From the IMG/VR virus record IMGVR_UViG_3300035670_007294, positions 1 to 54,258 of that record: a stretch of 54,258 bases of DNA. One strand, written 5' to 3'. Under the pieces are notes generated by a model. It made no database searches and had not been told where the DNA came from. It worked only from the letters and a program-made list of their open reading frames with translations. Positions 39,717 to 48,050 of this stretch are shown here, one piece after another. The stretch comes from a virus (taxonomy: Duplodnaviria; Caudoviricetes). The position numbers and the translations under genes were made by a program. Position 1 is the stretch's first letter, and each line of letters begins with the position of its first letter.

Positions 39717-41435
39717 TTATAAAATTAAATAATCAAATATTGTACTATCATCATTATTATTTTGGATAACATCTTCAAATTTACTTATGTACCATACAAC
39801 ATATGCTAAAGCTGAATATCTGTCTTTATTTAATCTCTTTACTACACTCTCTACTGAATACTTACCACTACTTAATTGTTTCATTTTTAAATTTGCTATT
39901 TCTTCAATTAAAAAATCTGTATTTATATATGGTAATTTTGTTAATGTCAAATTATTATCAGTCATATCAAAATCACTATGAGATTTTTTTTCTAATAAAC
40001 GTAATTTACCACCTTCTATTGAGTCTATAAAAGATATTATAATATCACTATTTGCTGATTGTGGTTTTAAATCAAATACTACTCTTTCAGCATTATCATA
40101 TTCAGGTTCTTGCTCTGTATTTATAGTATCAAAACAAGGTAATATATCTCCTGTTACAGGGTCTGTATTTTCTTCTAATAATTTATCTAGAAGACCAGCA
40201 CCTAGACCATTTGTATCAATAGTTAAAACCTTAACATTATATAATTTTTGTAATTTTTTTACTTCAACAGCTTGTGCATTAAAATTTAATGTATTTGATA
40301 TGTTTACCAAATTAACTAAATCTATATTTTTTATTCTACCATTTTTATGTCTTTTTATTTTTGCAATAGCAACACTTGTTTGATTATTACTTTTATCAGC
40401 ACTTCTTGCTACGTCAACTCCCATAAAATATTCAGATATTCCATCTCCTTTTAATTCTGCATTCCTTAACACTCTTACAGACATTAACCGATTTATATCT
40501 ACCAATTGATTATCTGTATTTCCAACCCACTGGCTACAATAATTTTGTGCAAAAAATATTGGAGATAAAGAATCTTTTTTAGCTAATATTTGAGATTTTG
40601 TTTCTCCTCTTCCCATATAACATGCTAATTGCCAACTACTTCCTAATACTATCTTACCTTTTAAGTCTGCCATTTCATCTACCATTTTTATATTCCTTAC
40701 AAATTCACTACTTCCACGGAATCCACTGGTTGTTAAGAAACATATTTGTCCATTTAATTCTTCAGGATTCACTGTTGCTAATCTTCCTATTGTTCTTCTA
40801 GGAATATTAACCACAGGTTCAAGTACGTCTTGAAATAACTCATCGTTTAGAAGATTACTTTCTTCTACCATCAAACGCTTACGTCTAGCCCCTTTCGTTG
40901 ACTGGTGATTGGCTAAAATATTTATTATACCACCAGAAGTAAATCTTACATCTACCATATCTTTTGTAAACATTTCTTTTACTATTTCATCTTTTAATAA
41001 AGGATAAAATCTTAATAATTCTCTATGTTTTTCCTCTACTAATTTTGATGCATTTTCTCTTGTTTGTGCCGTCATAGATAACTCAATGTCAGGATAAAAA
41101 ATTGCAGTATGGTATAAAACCATAACTTCTTTTAAAGTTTTTCCGTATCCTCTTGGAAATACCCCATATAAAGATATAAATCTAGCCATACTTCTCATAA
41201 AAATCCTTTGGTCAATACCTAATCTTATACCTCCCATTTCAGGTGTTATAAAATCATACCATAAATCTGGATTCCATCTAAAATAACTTACTAAGTCACT
41301 ATATTTATCAAGATTTTCTATAAAAGAATCATTTTGATTATTTGATGTTCTATTTCCCATAGATGTACTACTTTTATTTTTATTATTTAATGTAACATTT
41401 TTAAATTTTGGGAAATTAACATGATTTTTACTCAT
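39717..41435 (-). CDS. terL: Terminase large subunit
   Basis: Walker A FPRGYGKT, GARRK, Walker B LMVEES; RNase H-like nuclease GVDVARS, DTNGLG, KDRYSA. AGGTGA RBS supports a start near 41435. Confidence 0.93.
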   Translation of the reverse strand: MSKNHVNFPKFKNVTLNNKNKSSTSMGNRTSNNQNDSFIENLDKYSDLVSYFRWNPDLWYDFITPEMGGIRLGIDQRIFMRSMARFISLYGVFPRGYGKTLKEVMVLYHTAIFYPDIELSMTAQTRENASKLVEEKHRELLRFYPLLKDEIVKEMFTKDMVDVRFTSGGIINILANHQSTKGARRKRLMVEESNLLNDELFQDVLEPVVNIPRRTIGRLATVNPEELNGQICFLTTSGFRGSSEFVRNIKMVDEMADLKGKIVLGSSWQLACYMGRGETKSQILAKKDSLSPIFFAQNYCSQWVGNTDNQLVDINRLMSVRVLRNAELKGDGISEYFMGVDVARSADKSNNQTSVAIAKIKRHKNGRIKNIDLVNLVNISNTLNFNAQAVEVKKLQKLYNVKVLTIDTNGLGAGLLDKLLEENTDPVTGDILPCFDTINTEQEPEYDNAERVVFDLKPQSANSDIIISFIDSIEGGKLRLLEKKSHSDFDMTDNNLTLTKLPYINTDFLIEEIANLKMKQLSSGKYSVESVVKRLNKDRYSALAYVVWYISKFEDVIQNNNDDSTIFDYLIL

Positions 41436-42495
41436 CATTATCACCTTTAATGTCTTCAATATCTTCTACATCATTATTTATGTCATCATTGTCATCATCA
41501 AACATACTGTTCTTATTAGAAATATCAAATCTATTTTTATATTCTTTCTTTCGTTCCTCATAAAATGCCCATATATCTTTATATTTAGCAGGAGGTAATC
41601 CTTTTAAATCTCTTATATAATTAATATAGCATAGTAAAACAAAATCAGGTAAATCTTGTGGAGACTCTTTAAATTTAGGAAGGATAGGGATAATATCTTC
41701 TGCTTGTTCTACAGCTCGTACTAATTGTCCAAAATTAGATAATCCATCTTGTAAATCTGATGCTGATAATTGAGACGGGTTTATTTTAGCTGCACTACCT
41801 GCATCTTTTGCTAAACCTCCCCATTTCTTAGCATCTTCAACATCATTTGCAGATGTAGCTAATTCCTCTTTGACACTATACCTAATATATTTTAACAATG
41901 CTTCTGTATGCATAGCAGTTTTCTCAAGATAATGATTTTTTAACATTTTATATTTTCTTTCAAATCCTTCATACTCTTCAATCTTATATCCTGCTCCCCA
42001 TTTTTCAATGATACTATTTGTTAACTCAAACTTCTCAACAGGATTATAAAATTCATTATACTTTAATTCTTTTACTTCTGATGATGATTCAAATATAGAA
42101 TCTTTCCATAATAACATCCTATTTTGAGTTAAACATAAATTCTTCATATAACTTCCAAAAGGGTCAACTCCAGATTTTAAAGATGAATTCCATAAGTCTT
42201 GTAAAAATGGTCTATCCATTAATTTTAATGTAATCTTTACTCTATCGATAGAAACTTGACCTGTTTGACTAGATATCATTTTTTTTATACAATCTTTACA
42301 ATAATGTATTAATCCAGTCTTAGACATTGGATTATAACTCTTATAAAATTTAATTTTATCCTTTTCAATTGAACACTCTAAACATTCAAAAAGTTCTTTA
42401 CTTTGTTGAACATCTGTGTTACTATTGATATTGTCATTAGCTTTAGTTTTATTTTTTACTTTGCCCTTAGATTTACTAATAACTTTTTTTGGCAT
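41428..42495 (-). CDS. Putative terminase small subunit with N-terminal zinc finger
   Basis: CLEC...FYKS...CKDC, DRPF, IEKWG.GY; overlaps the TerL start. Confidence 0.6.
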   Translation of the reverse strand: MPKKVISKSKGKVKNKTKANDNINSNTDVQQSKELFECLECSIEKDKIKFYKSYNPMSKTGLIHYCKDCIKKMISSQTGQVSIDRVKITLKLMDRPFLQDLWNSSLKSGVDPFGSYMKNLCLTQNRMLLWKDSIFESSSEVKELKYNEFYNPVEKFELTNSIIEKWGAGYKIEEYEGFERKYKMLKNHYLEKTAMHTEALLKYIRYSVKEELATSANDVEDAKKWGGLAKDAGSAAKINPSQLSASDLQDGLSNFGQLVRAVEQAEDIIPILPKFKESPQDLPDFVLLCYINYIRDLKGLPPAKYKDIWAFYEERKKEYKNRFDISNKNSMFDDDNDDINNDVEDIEDIKGDNDE

Positions 42496-42523
42496 AAAAT
42501 GCCACCCCTTTCATTCAACAAAA

Positions 42524-42563
42524 AAATAGATACATATATTAGTGTTAATATAAGTATCTATTT
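42524..42563 (-). terminator. Putative intrinsic terminator
   Basis: AAATAGATAC-TATATTA...TAATATA-GTATCTATTT stem followed by a T-run on the minus strand. Confidence 0.55.
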
Positions 42564-42634
42564 AAAATATAGCATTTTTGTACAATTATTATAACCAAAA
42601 TCTTATTGGTCGCATATCGGCAAGAGACAATTCT

Positions 42635-42934
42635 TTATTTTGCAATACTCATATAAGCTCTTACTTTGCCATTACTATCTTTCATTATATATTTATTATT
42701 AATTTTATTATTCAAATAATTTAATAAATCTTGTGTTGATTCCATCCATTCACCACGAATACCTTTAAAATGGTTATGTATCCATTTTTCATCTATAATA
42801 CTCCCTTTAAAATAACATAATAATATAAGTTTATTGCTATTACCTGTATTTAATTGCTTAACTCTTTTTTCAGGATGTTTAGATATACCTATTTTAATAT
42901 TAATTCCATCTGTTATAGCATATACATATGTCAT
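42635..42934 (-). CDS. GIY-YIG (T5orf172/MUG113-type) nuclease domain protein
   Basis: YVYAI...KIGIS..PEKRVKQLNTGN...EK.IH..F...GEW. Confidence 0.85.
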   Translation of the reverse strand: MTYVYAITDGINIKIGISKHPEKRVKQLNTGNSNKLILLCYFKGSIIDEKWIHNHFKGIRGEWMESTQDLLNYLNNKINNKYIMKDSNGKVRAYMSIAK

Positions 42935-43242
42935 TTTTTTAATTTCTTCCTTGATTTTTTATTTGTACTATCTTCTACATCATCATAATCTTCTTCATAA
43001 TAATCTTCTGATTCTTTTATATTATCATAACTAACACAATCATTTACAAATCCTATTTTACGTTGATTTAATTCGGTGTCATACTTTTTTCTAAATTCTT
43101 CTTGAGCAGACTTAATATCTAAAGCATATTTATTAGTTGCCTTTGCTATTAAATGATTAAATAATTCTGTTAAATTATCTAATATAGGAACTAAAAATCT
43201 AAATATACCTAATGTTGCAATTGCAATTATTAAATAATTCAT
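42931..43242 (-). CDS. Hypothetical protein with hydrophobic N-terminus
   Basis: MNYLIIAIATLGIFRFLVPIL; acidic/basic tail. Confidence 0.6.
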   Translation of the reverse strand: MNYLIIAIATLGIFRFLVPILDNLTELFNHLIAKATNKYALDIKSAQEEFRKKYDTELNQRKIGFVNDCVSYDNIKESEDYYEEDYDDVEDSTNKKSRKKLKK

Positions 43243-43260
43243 ATCGACACCATCCTATTA

Positions 43261-44472
43261 TTAAAATATTACATCATTTGTATATTTCTTACCTATTCCT
43301 TTATGTACAGTAAACATTTTAGCTCCTGCCTTAGATGTTTTACGTATCCCTTTAGAAAATACATTTAATCCCATAATAGACCTAAGTTGTATAAATTCTT
43401 TATGTAAAGATAAATCCATTTCTTTATTACTATGTAAATGACCTGCTATATAATAATTAACTTTTATATTATATGTATCCTCATACCCTGATACCGTTGT
43501 CTCAGGTTTACTATCATTTTGACCATGATTTGTTAAAAAATTAAATCCATGTATAGTAAACAGATTTAATCCGTCTATATTTTTATTAATAATTATGTTC
43601 TGATTATCTTTAAAAGCTTTATATATTACTCTTGAATATATTTTTTCTAAATTTTCTCCTTCTGTATCACCTTTTTTACCACCTAGCAATCGCAAATCTG
43701 AATGGTTTCCTTCTGATGTATAGAAATTAATATAAAATCCTCTCATACTTAAATCATTCAACCATTCTTCTATAAAATCAGCATAGTCTAATATAGCATC
43801 TACTATATTGTGTTTTAATGACTTTAATTGATTAACGTGTATTAAACCTGATACAACATCTCCCATATCGCAAATATATAATTCTTTTATATTATGTAAT
43901 AATGCAAAATCAATAACTTCATCTCTTAATTTTATCATTCTTTCTTTAAATATTTCTATATTATATTCATTTAAAATATCATTATTTAAACCTTCTATTT
44001 TAAAATTTTCATCATAATGAGCATCTGCAAAAGCAATTACAAGTTTAACATCATTATTATTAATTTTTATTGGATTAGGAATAATCCTGACTTTTCTACT
44101 CATTAATTTATTTGATGCTTCATCTATTCTTTCATAAAATAACTCAGTTCTTGATTCTGAACGTAACCATGCATTATATTCATTCTTTTCATCTCTTAGT
44201 TTTTGTCTTTCCTTATAAACTTCTCTTTTTACTTCTTGTATTTTTTTAATCAAATCATTTGTTATATTATTTTCTATTTCATTATTTATATGTGGTATTA
44301 ATTGTCTAATCCCATAATATCTTTTTCTGGCTTCACAACTTGATAGCTCTACATCAAATGCTAATTTAAATAATTCAACATAGTCTATATCATATATCCC
44401 ATCATTCTTACCATTAACTAATCTAATTATATAATTTAATTCTGATTCTCCTTCTTTTCTTTGAAAGTTCAT
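43261..44472 (-). CDS. Calcineurin-like metallophosphoesterase (YonJ-like)
   Basis: DAH, GD, GNH, NHG and GHLH motifs; N-terminal helical domain. Confidence 0.85.
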   Translation of the reverse strand: MNFQRKEGESELNYIIRLVNGKNDGIYDIDYVELFKLAFDVELSSCEARKRYYGIRQLIPHINNEIENNITNDLIKKIQEVKREVYKERQKLRDEKNEYNAWLRSESRTELFYERIDEASNKLMSRKVRIIPNPIKINNNDVKLVIAFADAHYDENFKIEGLNNDILNEYNIEIFKERMIKLRDEVIDFALLHNIKELYICDMGDVVSGLIHVNQLKSLKHNIVDAILDYADFIEEWLNDLSMRGFYINFYTSEGNHSDLRLLGGKKGDTEGENLEKIYSRVIYKAFKDNQNIIINKNIDGLNLFTIHGFNFLTNHGQNDSKPETTVSGYEDTYNIKVNYYIAGHLHSNKEMDLSLHKEFIQLRSIMGLNVFSKGIRKTSKAGAKMFTVHKGIGKKYTNDVIF

Positions 44473-44533
44473 AAAACCACATCCATTCTACATATTATTT
44501 ATATCATTTATATCATTTTATTTTTAATTTATA

Positions 44534-44569
44534 AAAAAGCATATACTTAAAATATAGTATATGCTTTTT
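44534..44569 (-). terminator. Intrinsic terminator after HU
   Basis: AAAAAGCATATACT...AGTATATGCTTTTT. Confidence 0.8.
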
Positions 44570-44607
44570 CATTATATGTTATTTTGTTTTTACTTATGTT
44601 TTAGGAA

Positions 44608-44889
44608 TTAAAGCTTAACTGAATTTTTTACGTTAGATGATAACTTTGCAGTTACTTTTCTACTTGCTTTAACATCAACTGTTTCACCTGTTTTTGGATT
44701 ACGTGCTTTCTTTGCAGGTGTATCTTGTACTTCAAATTTAACAAAGTTTGGAAGTACTACAGTATTTCCTTCTGCAATTTCAGCTTTAACTGCTTCTACA
44801 ACAGTTTCAATCATTTCTCTTGCTGACTTCTTTGATACTTCATATTTTTCTGCCATCTTTGCTACTAATTCATCTTTTCTAATTTCCAT
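44608..44889 (-). CDS. hup: HU family DNA-binding protein
   Basis: K.ELV..MA....SKK.A, FVKFEV...ARNPKTGE. Confidence 0.93.
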   Translation of the reverse strand: MEIRKDELVAKMAEKYEVSKKSAREMIETVVEAVKAEIAEGNTVVLPNFVKFEVQDTPAKKARNPKTGETVDVKASRKVTAKLSSNVKNSVKL

Positions 44890-44948
44890 AATTTCTTTTC
44901 CTTCTTTCTAATTATTATTTTATTTTTATTACTTATAATATACAAATA

Positions 44949-45143
44949 CTACTCTTCATCAGGAGTATTTGATACTGCTACATTAATCTTTACTATTTCT
45001 CCATCAAAATCACTTAATAATTCTGATAAAGGTTTTACCCCAAGTTCATCAAACTCTACTTCCATATTATGTAAGTTTAAAATACCTGTTAGTGCTAAAC
45101 TAACTTTCTTAACTATTTCTTTTGATTTAGCTTTTTTTGCCAA
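44949..45143 (-). CDS. yonK: YonK family protein
   Basis: GILNL...LSELLSDFDGEIVKINV pattern. GGGTGG RBS before TTG 45143 (ORF track extends to 45194). Confidence 0.65.
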   Translation of the reverse strand: MAKKAKSKEIVKKVSLALTGILNLHNMEVEFDELGVKPLSELLSDFDGEIVKINVAVSNTPDEE

Positions 45144-45292
45144 GTGTATTACCACCCTTCTACATATAATGTACTTCTTAAATCTATATATCATATTTAA
45201 TTGTAATTTGAGTGATAAATATCGTTTTGAGTTCCATACCCATTGCTATTTATTATAGGGTTGCGAATATTTTTATTTATCACTATATTTAT

Positions 45293-45321
45293 ATATTACC
45301 ACGGTATTATATATATGTCAA
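45293..45321 (-). promoter_or_regulatory. Sigma-A-type promoter upstream of yonK-hup
   Basis: TTGACA-17 bp-TAATAT with extended -10 TG. Confidence 0.65.
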
Positions 45322-45355
45322 GTACTTTTTAATTTTTTTATTTATTTTTATTTGT

Positions 45356-45721
45356 TTACTTAGAATTAATACCTAAAACATTTCTTTCTGCCCTATCTTC
45401 GGTTCTTCTATTTAACCACATTAAAGCTTCTTCTATATGAGTTAATGCCATAGCATTTTCTGTACAAGAGTATTCACTTGTTTGAAAACATTGAAGTCTA
45501 TGTCTACATATTTCTAATAAATCTTCTGCTGTTAATCCATCTTCCGAACCTTCAAAATGTCTACCTCCATTTTGGAATTGAAGAGCAATACCATATTTAC
45601 CACTTTCTAAATCACCAAATATAACTTGATATTCATGATAAGAATTTCCATTTCCTTTATCTCCTCTTGCAACTACTGTATTTAATTTATATCTTTTTTG
45701 TATAGTATTTAATTTTTCCAT
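45356..45721 (-). CDS. tad1: Tad1 (Thoeris anti-defence 1) signalling-nucleotide sponge
   Basis: L.TIQKR.KLNTV, YHEY, FQ.G.R, DLLEI...RL..FQ and ENA.ALTH.EEALMW.NRR.EDR.ERNVLG.N.K closely match Clostridium botulinum prophage Tad1 as I recall it. Confidence 0.92.
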   Translation of the reverse strand: MEKLNTIQKRYKLNTVVARGDKGNGNSYHEYQVIFGDLESGKYGIALQFQNGGRHFEGSEDGLTAEDLLEICRHRLQCFQTSEYSCTENAMALTHIEEALMWLNRRTEDRAERNVLGINSK

Positions 45722-45733
45722 TTTATATACTCC

Positions 45734-46951
45734 TTATATTAAATCTGCAAATAATTTAGATGCTTCTGACCTAACATCTTCATCTAAAATAACAATTCCT
45801 ACTAATGGATTTCCTTTTGATTTTTCTATAAATAAATTTATTCCATTATTCTGTTTAAATCTTTTTTCTGCTTGTTTATTATCTCCTGTGAATACAATAC
45901 AAGACCCACTAGAAATTCTTGTTCCTACAAGTTTTAATAGTTTTACATTTAAATCTTCGCATTCATCAAATATAACATATGAATCTTCTATATTAATTCC
46001 TTTTAAGAAGCTAACAACATCCATATTTATTTTATCTTCTCTTAATAAATTATCTAAATAAAATTGGTTATTATCTTTTTCTACATATTGTAATAATGGT
46101 TTCATATAGTTTTCTATTTTTTCAGCTTTTGTTCCAGGCAAAAATCCTATATCTATATCATCAGCAGGTACTGGAGTTCTCCAAAAAGTAAGACTTGAGT
46201 AATTTCCTTTATCAAGATGATATACTCCCATTTTTACAGCTAATATAGATTTACCAGAACCATATGTACCATTAATTATTTTTATTGGTATATCTTTATT
46301 ATTTAATAAATCTAAAGCAAATCTTTGTTGCATATTCCATCCTTTAATAATTTTAGAAGGTGGCAATTTTAATGCAACTAAATTTTCTCCATCGAATCTA
46401 AGTTCAGAACTATAATTTTGGTCATTTTCTTTTAAATCTATATTTATAATTTCTACATATTCATTTGTTAAAAAATTATAAGTATTTTTATTGTTGTTTA
46501 AATCATTATATAATTGATTTATTTCTTGTGTGTTTAATTTAATAGACCTATGACCTTTATAATTATTATCTCCCTTATCAAATCCACGACTTTCTACTCC
46601 TAAAGCTTTTGCTTTTAATCTTACATTTAAATCATTTGATAAAAGGATAGCCCCATTTTCTAAAGCTGTTAAAACAATTTTATTATCTCTCTTACCATTT
46701 TCCCAATCACTTGGGAAATTCATGTATATATCTTTAATAATAAATGTAATTTTATCTTGATATTTTTCTATTTGTCTAGATGATTCTCTAGCTAAATATC
46801 CAAGTTTTTCATTATTTTTTAATCCATCAATTTCCTCTAATACACTAGAACATATAATGACTTCATTCTTGACTTCATTATCATCCAATAATTCATTTAA
46901 AACATTTACATTATGCAATAAAATATTTGTATCTATAACAAATTTACTCAT
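45734..46951 (-). CDS. phoH: PIN domain-PhoH ATPase fusion
   Basis: PIN motifs VIDTNILL, VLEEID, DNKI and SNDLN; PhoH motifs QQRFA, GTYGSGKS, IGFLPG, FDECED and GDNKQ. Confidence 0.9.
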   Translation of the reverse strand: MSKFVIDTNILLHNVNVLNELLDDNEVKNEVIICSSVLEEIDGLKNNEKLGYLARESSRQIEKYQDKITFIIKDIYMNFPSDWENGKRDNKIVLTALENGAILLSNDLNVRLKAKALGVESRGFDKGDNNYKGHRSIKLNTQEINQLYNDLNNNKNTYNFLTNEYVEIINIDLKENDQNYSSELRFDGENLVALKLPPSKIIKGWNMQQRFALDLLNNKDIPIKIINGTYGSGKSILAVKMGVYHLDKGNYSSLTFWRTPVPADDIDIGFLPGTKAEKIENYMKPLLQYVEKDNNQFYLDNLLREDKINMDVVSFLKGINIEDSYVIFDECEDLNVKLLKLVGTRISSGSCIVFTGDNKQAEKRFKQNNGINLFIEKSKGNPLVGIVILDEDVRSEASKLFADLI

Positions 46952-46962
46952 AAAGGCACATC

Positions 46963-47148
46963 CTAAATTTTACTTTTTATTTGTAATAATCTTCCATAAT
47001 AATCCTCTACATAATAAGTTTTTGAATTAGAATTATGTTGTTTATTACAAACTATTAGACCAAGAAATCGACCATTCTCCATTTTTAAATATCCATTATT
47101 AATTAACCATTCTTTTTGAACTTTTGTTATTTTTACCAAAAATATCAT
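46963..47148 (-). CDS. Small conserved hypothetical protein
   Basis: VKITK.QKEWL..NG...KTYYVED; co-oriented and tightly packed. Confidence 0.55.
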   Translation of the reverse strand: MIFLVKITKVQKEWLINNGYLKMENGRFLGLIVCNKQHNSNSKTYYVEDYYGRLLQIKSKI

Positions 47149-47182
47149 TCCTTTTTATTGTTTTTATGTGAAATAAATAAGC

Positions 47183-47213
47183 CTTGAAAGTCTTACCATT
47201 AAAGACTTCCAAG
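47183..47213 (-). terminator. Hairpin after the YonO partner gene
   Basis: CTTGGAAGTCTT...AAGACTTTCAAG on the minus strand (with a G-U pair), weak T-tract. Confidence 0.4.
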
Positions 47214-47242
47214 ACAATATACGCAACATGGCATAATTTACT

Positions 47243-48022
47243 TTACATAAAGTTCATTTTATTTTTTTTAATATAATTATTAAATCTTATACTAACATTT
47301 AATTTATATTTATTTATTAAAATATCATATATCTCAATTAAATGATTTTCTAAACATTCAACATCTTTAATATTATATATAATTACATCATCTATAATAT
47401 TATCATTTAATTTAACTTTGTCTATATTATAATTTTTATTAATTAATACTCTATATTTATTAGGATATTTATATACTTTTGTTTTTAAACTATTATTTGT
47501 TCTATTGTTAAATTGAACTATTTTTTGTATTTTATCTCTTTCAATAACTTTAATCATATTATTATGTTCTAATTTATTAATCATCTCTGCCATATTTTGA
47601 AAATTCATAGTACTTAATTTAGATAACATTGCAAATGAACAATAAAATACATCTTCTTTATCACTATATATTTTACTTAAATATAATAAACTCAACATAA
47701 CCATTTTCATTTTTTTAGTTCTACATTTATTTATTTCTAACATTTCACTTAACCATATATCAATAGAAATATTATCTATAAAATTATAATCTTTTGTATA
47801 TGCATCAGATAATACACTATCTAATTTTTCATTAGCATCTTTATACCTTAAATGTTTATCTTGTTTAATTAACCATTCTAATATTTTTTCTTTTGCAACA
47901 TCTATATCTATATTACAATATTTAAAATATTTTCCTAACAAGAATATACTTCTTGTTAATGATAAATGTTTATCTAGTCCTGATGTTAATAATGCTTCTG
48001 CTCTATCTTTTTCATTGAACAT
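47243..48022 (-). CDS. Conserved protein downstream of YonO, possible winged-HTH DNA-binding factor
   Basis: MFNEK.RAE..L N-terminus; FYCSFAMLSKLS...INKLEHNNMIKV...PNKYRV resembles a winged helix. Confidence 0.5.
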   Translation of the reverse strand: MFNEKDRAEALLTSGLDKHLSLTRSIFLLGKYFKYCNIDIDVAKEKILEWLIKQDKHLRYKDANEKLDSVLSDAYTKDYNFIDNISIDIWLSEMLEINKCRTKKMKMVMLSLLYLSKIYSDKEDVFYCSFAMLSKLSTMNFQNMAEMINKLEHNNMIKVIERDKIQKIVQFNNRTNNSLKTKVYKYPNKYRVLINKNYNIDKVKLNDNIIDDVIIYNIKDVECLENHLIEIYDILINKYKLNVSIRFNNYIKKNKMNFM

Positions 48023-48050
48023 ACTATTATCACTTTCCTATCCCATTTTA

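Noticed and set aside
45356-45721. ABC transporter ATPase (a label I recall for this family)
   Set aside because: No Walker motifs and only 121 aa; the sequence matches Tad1.
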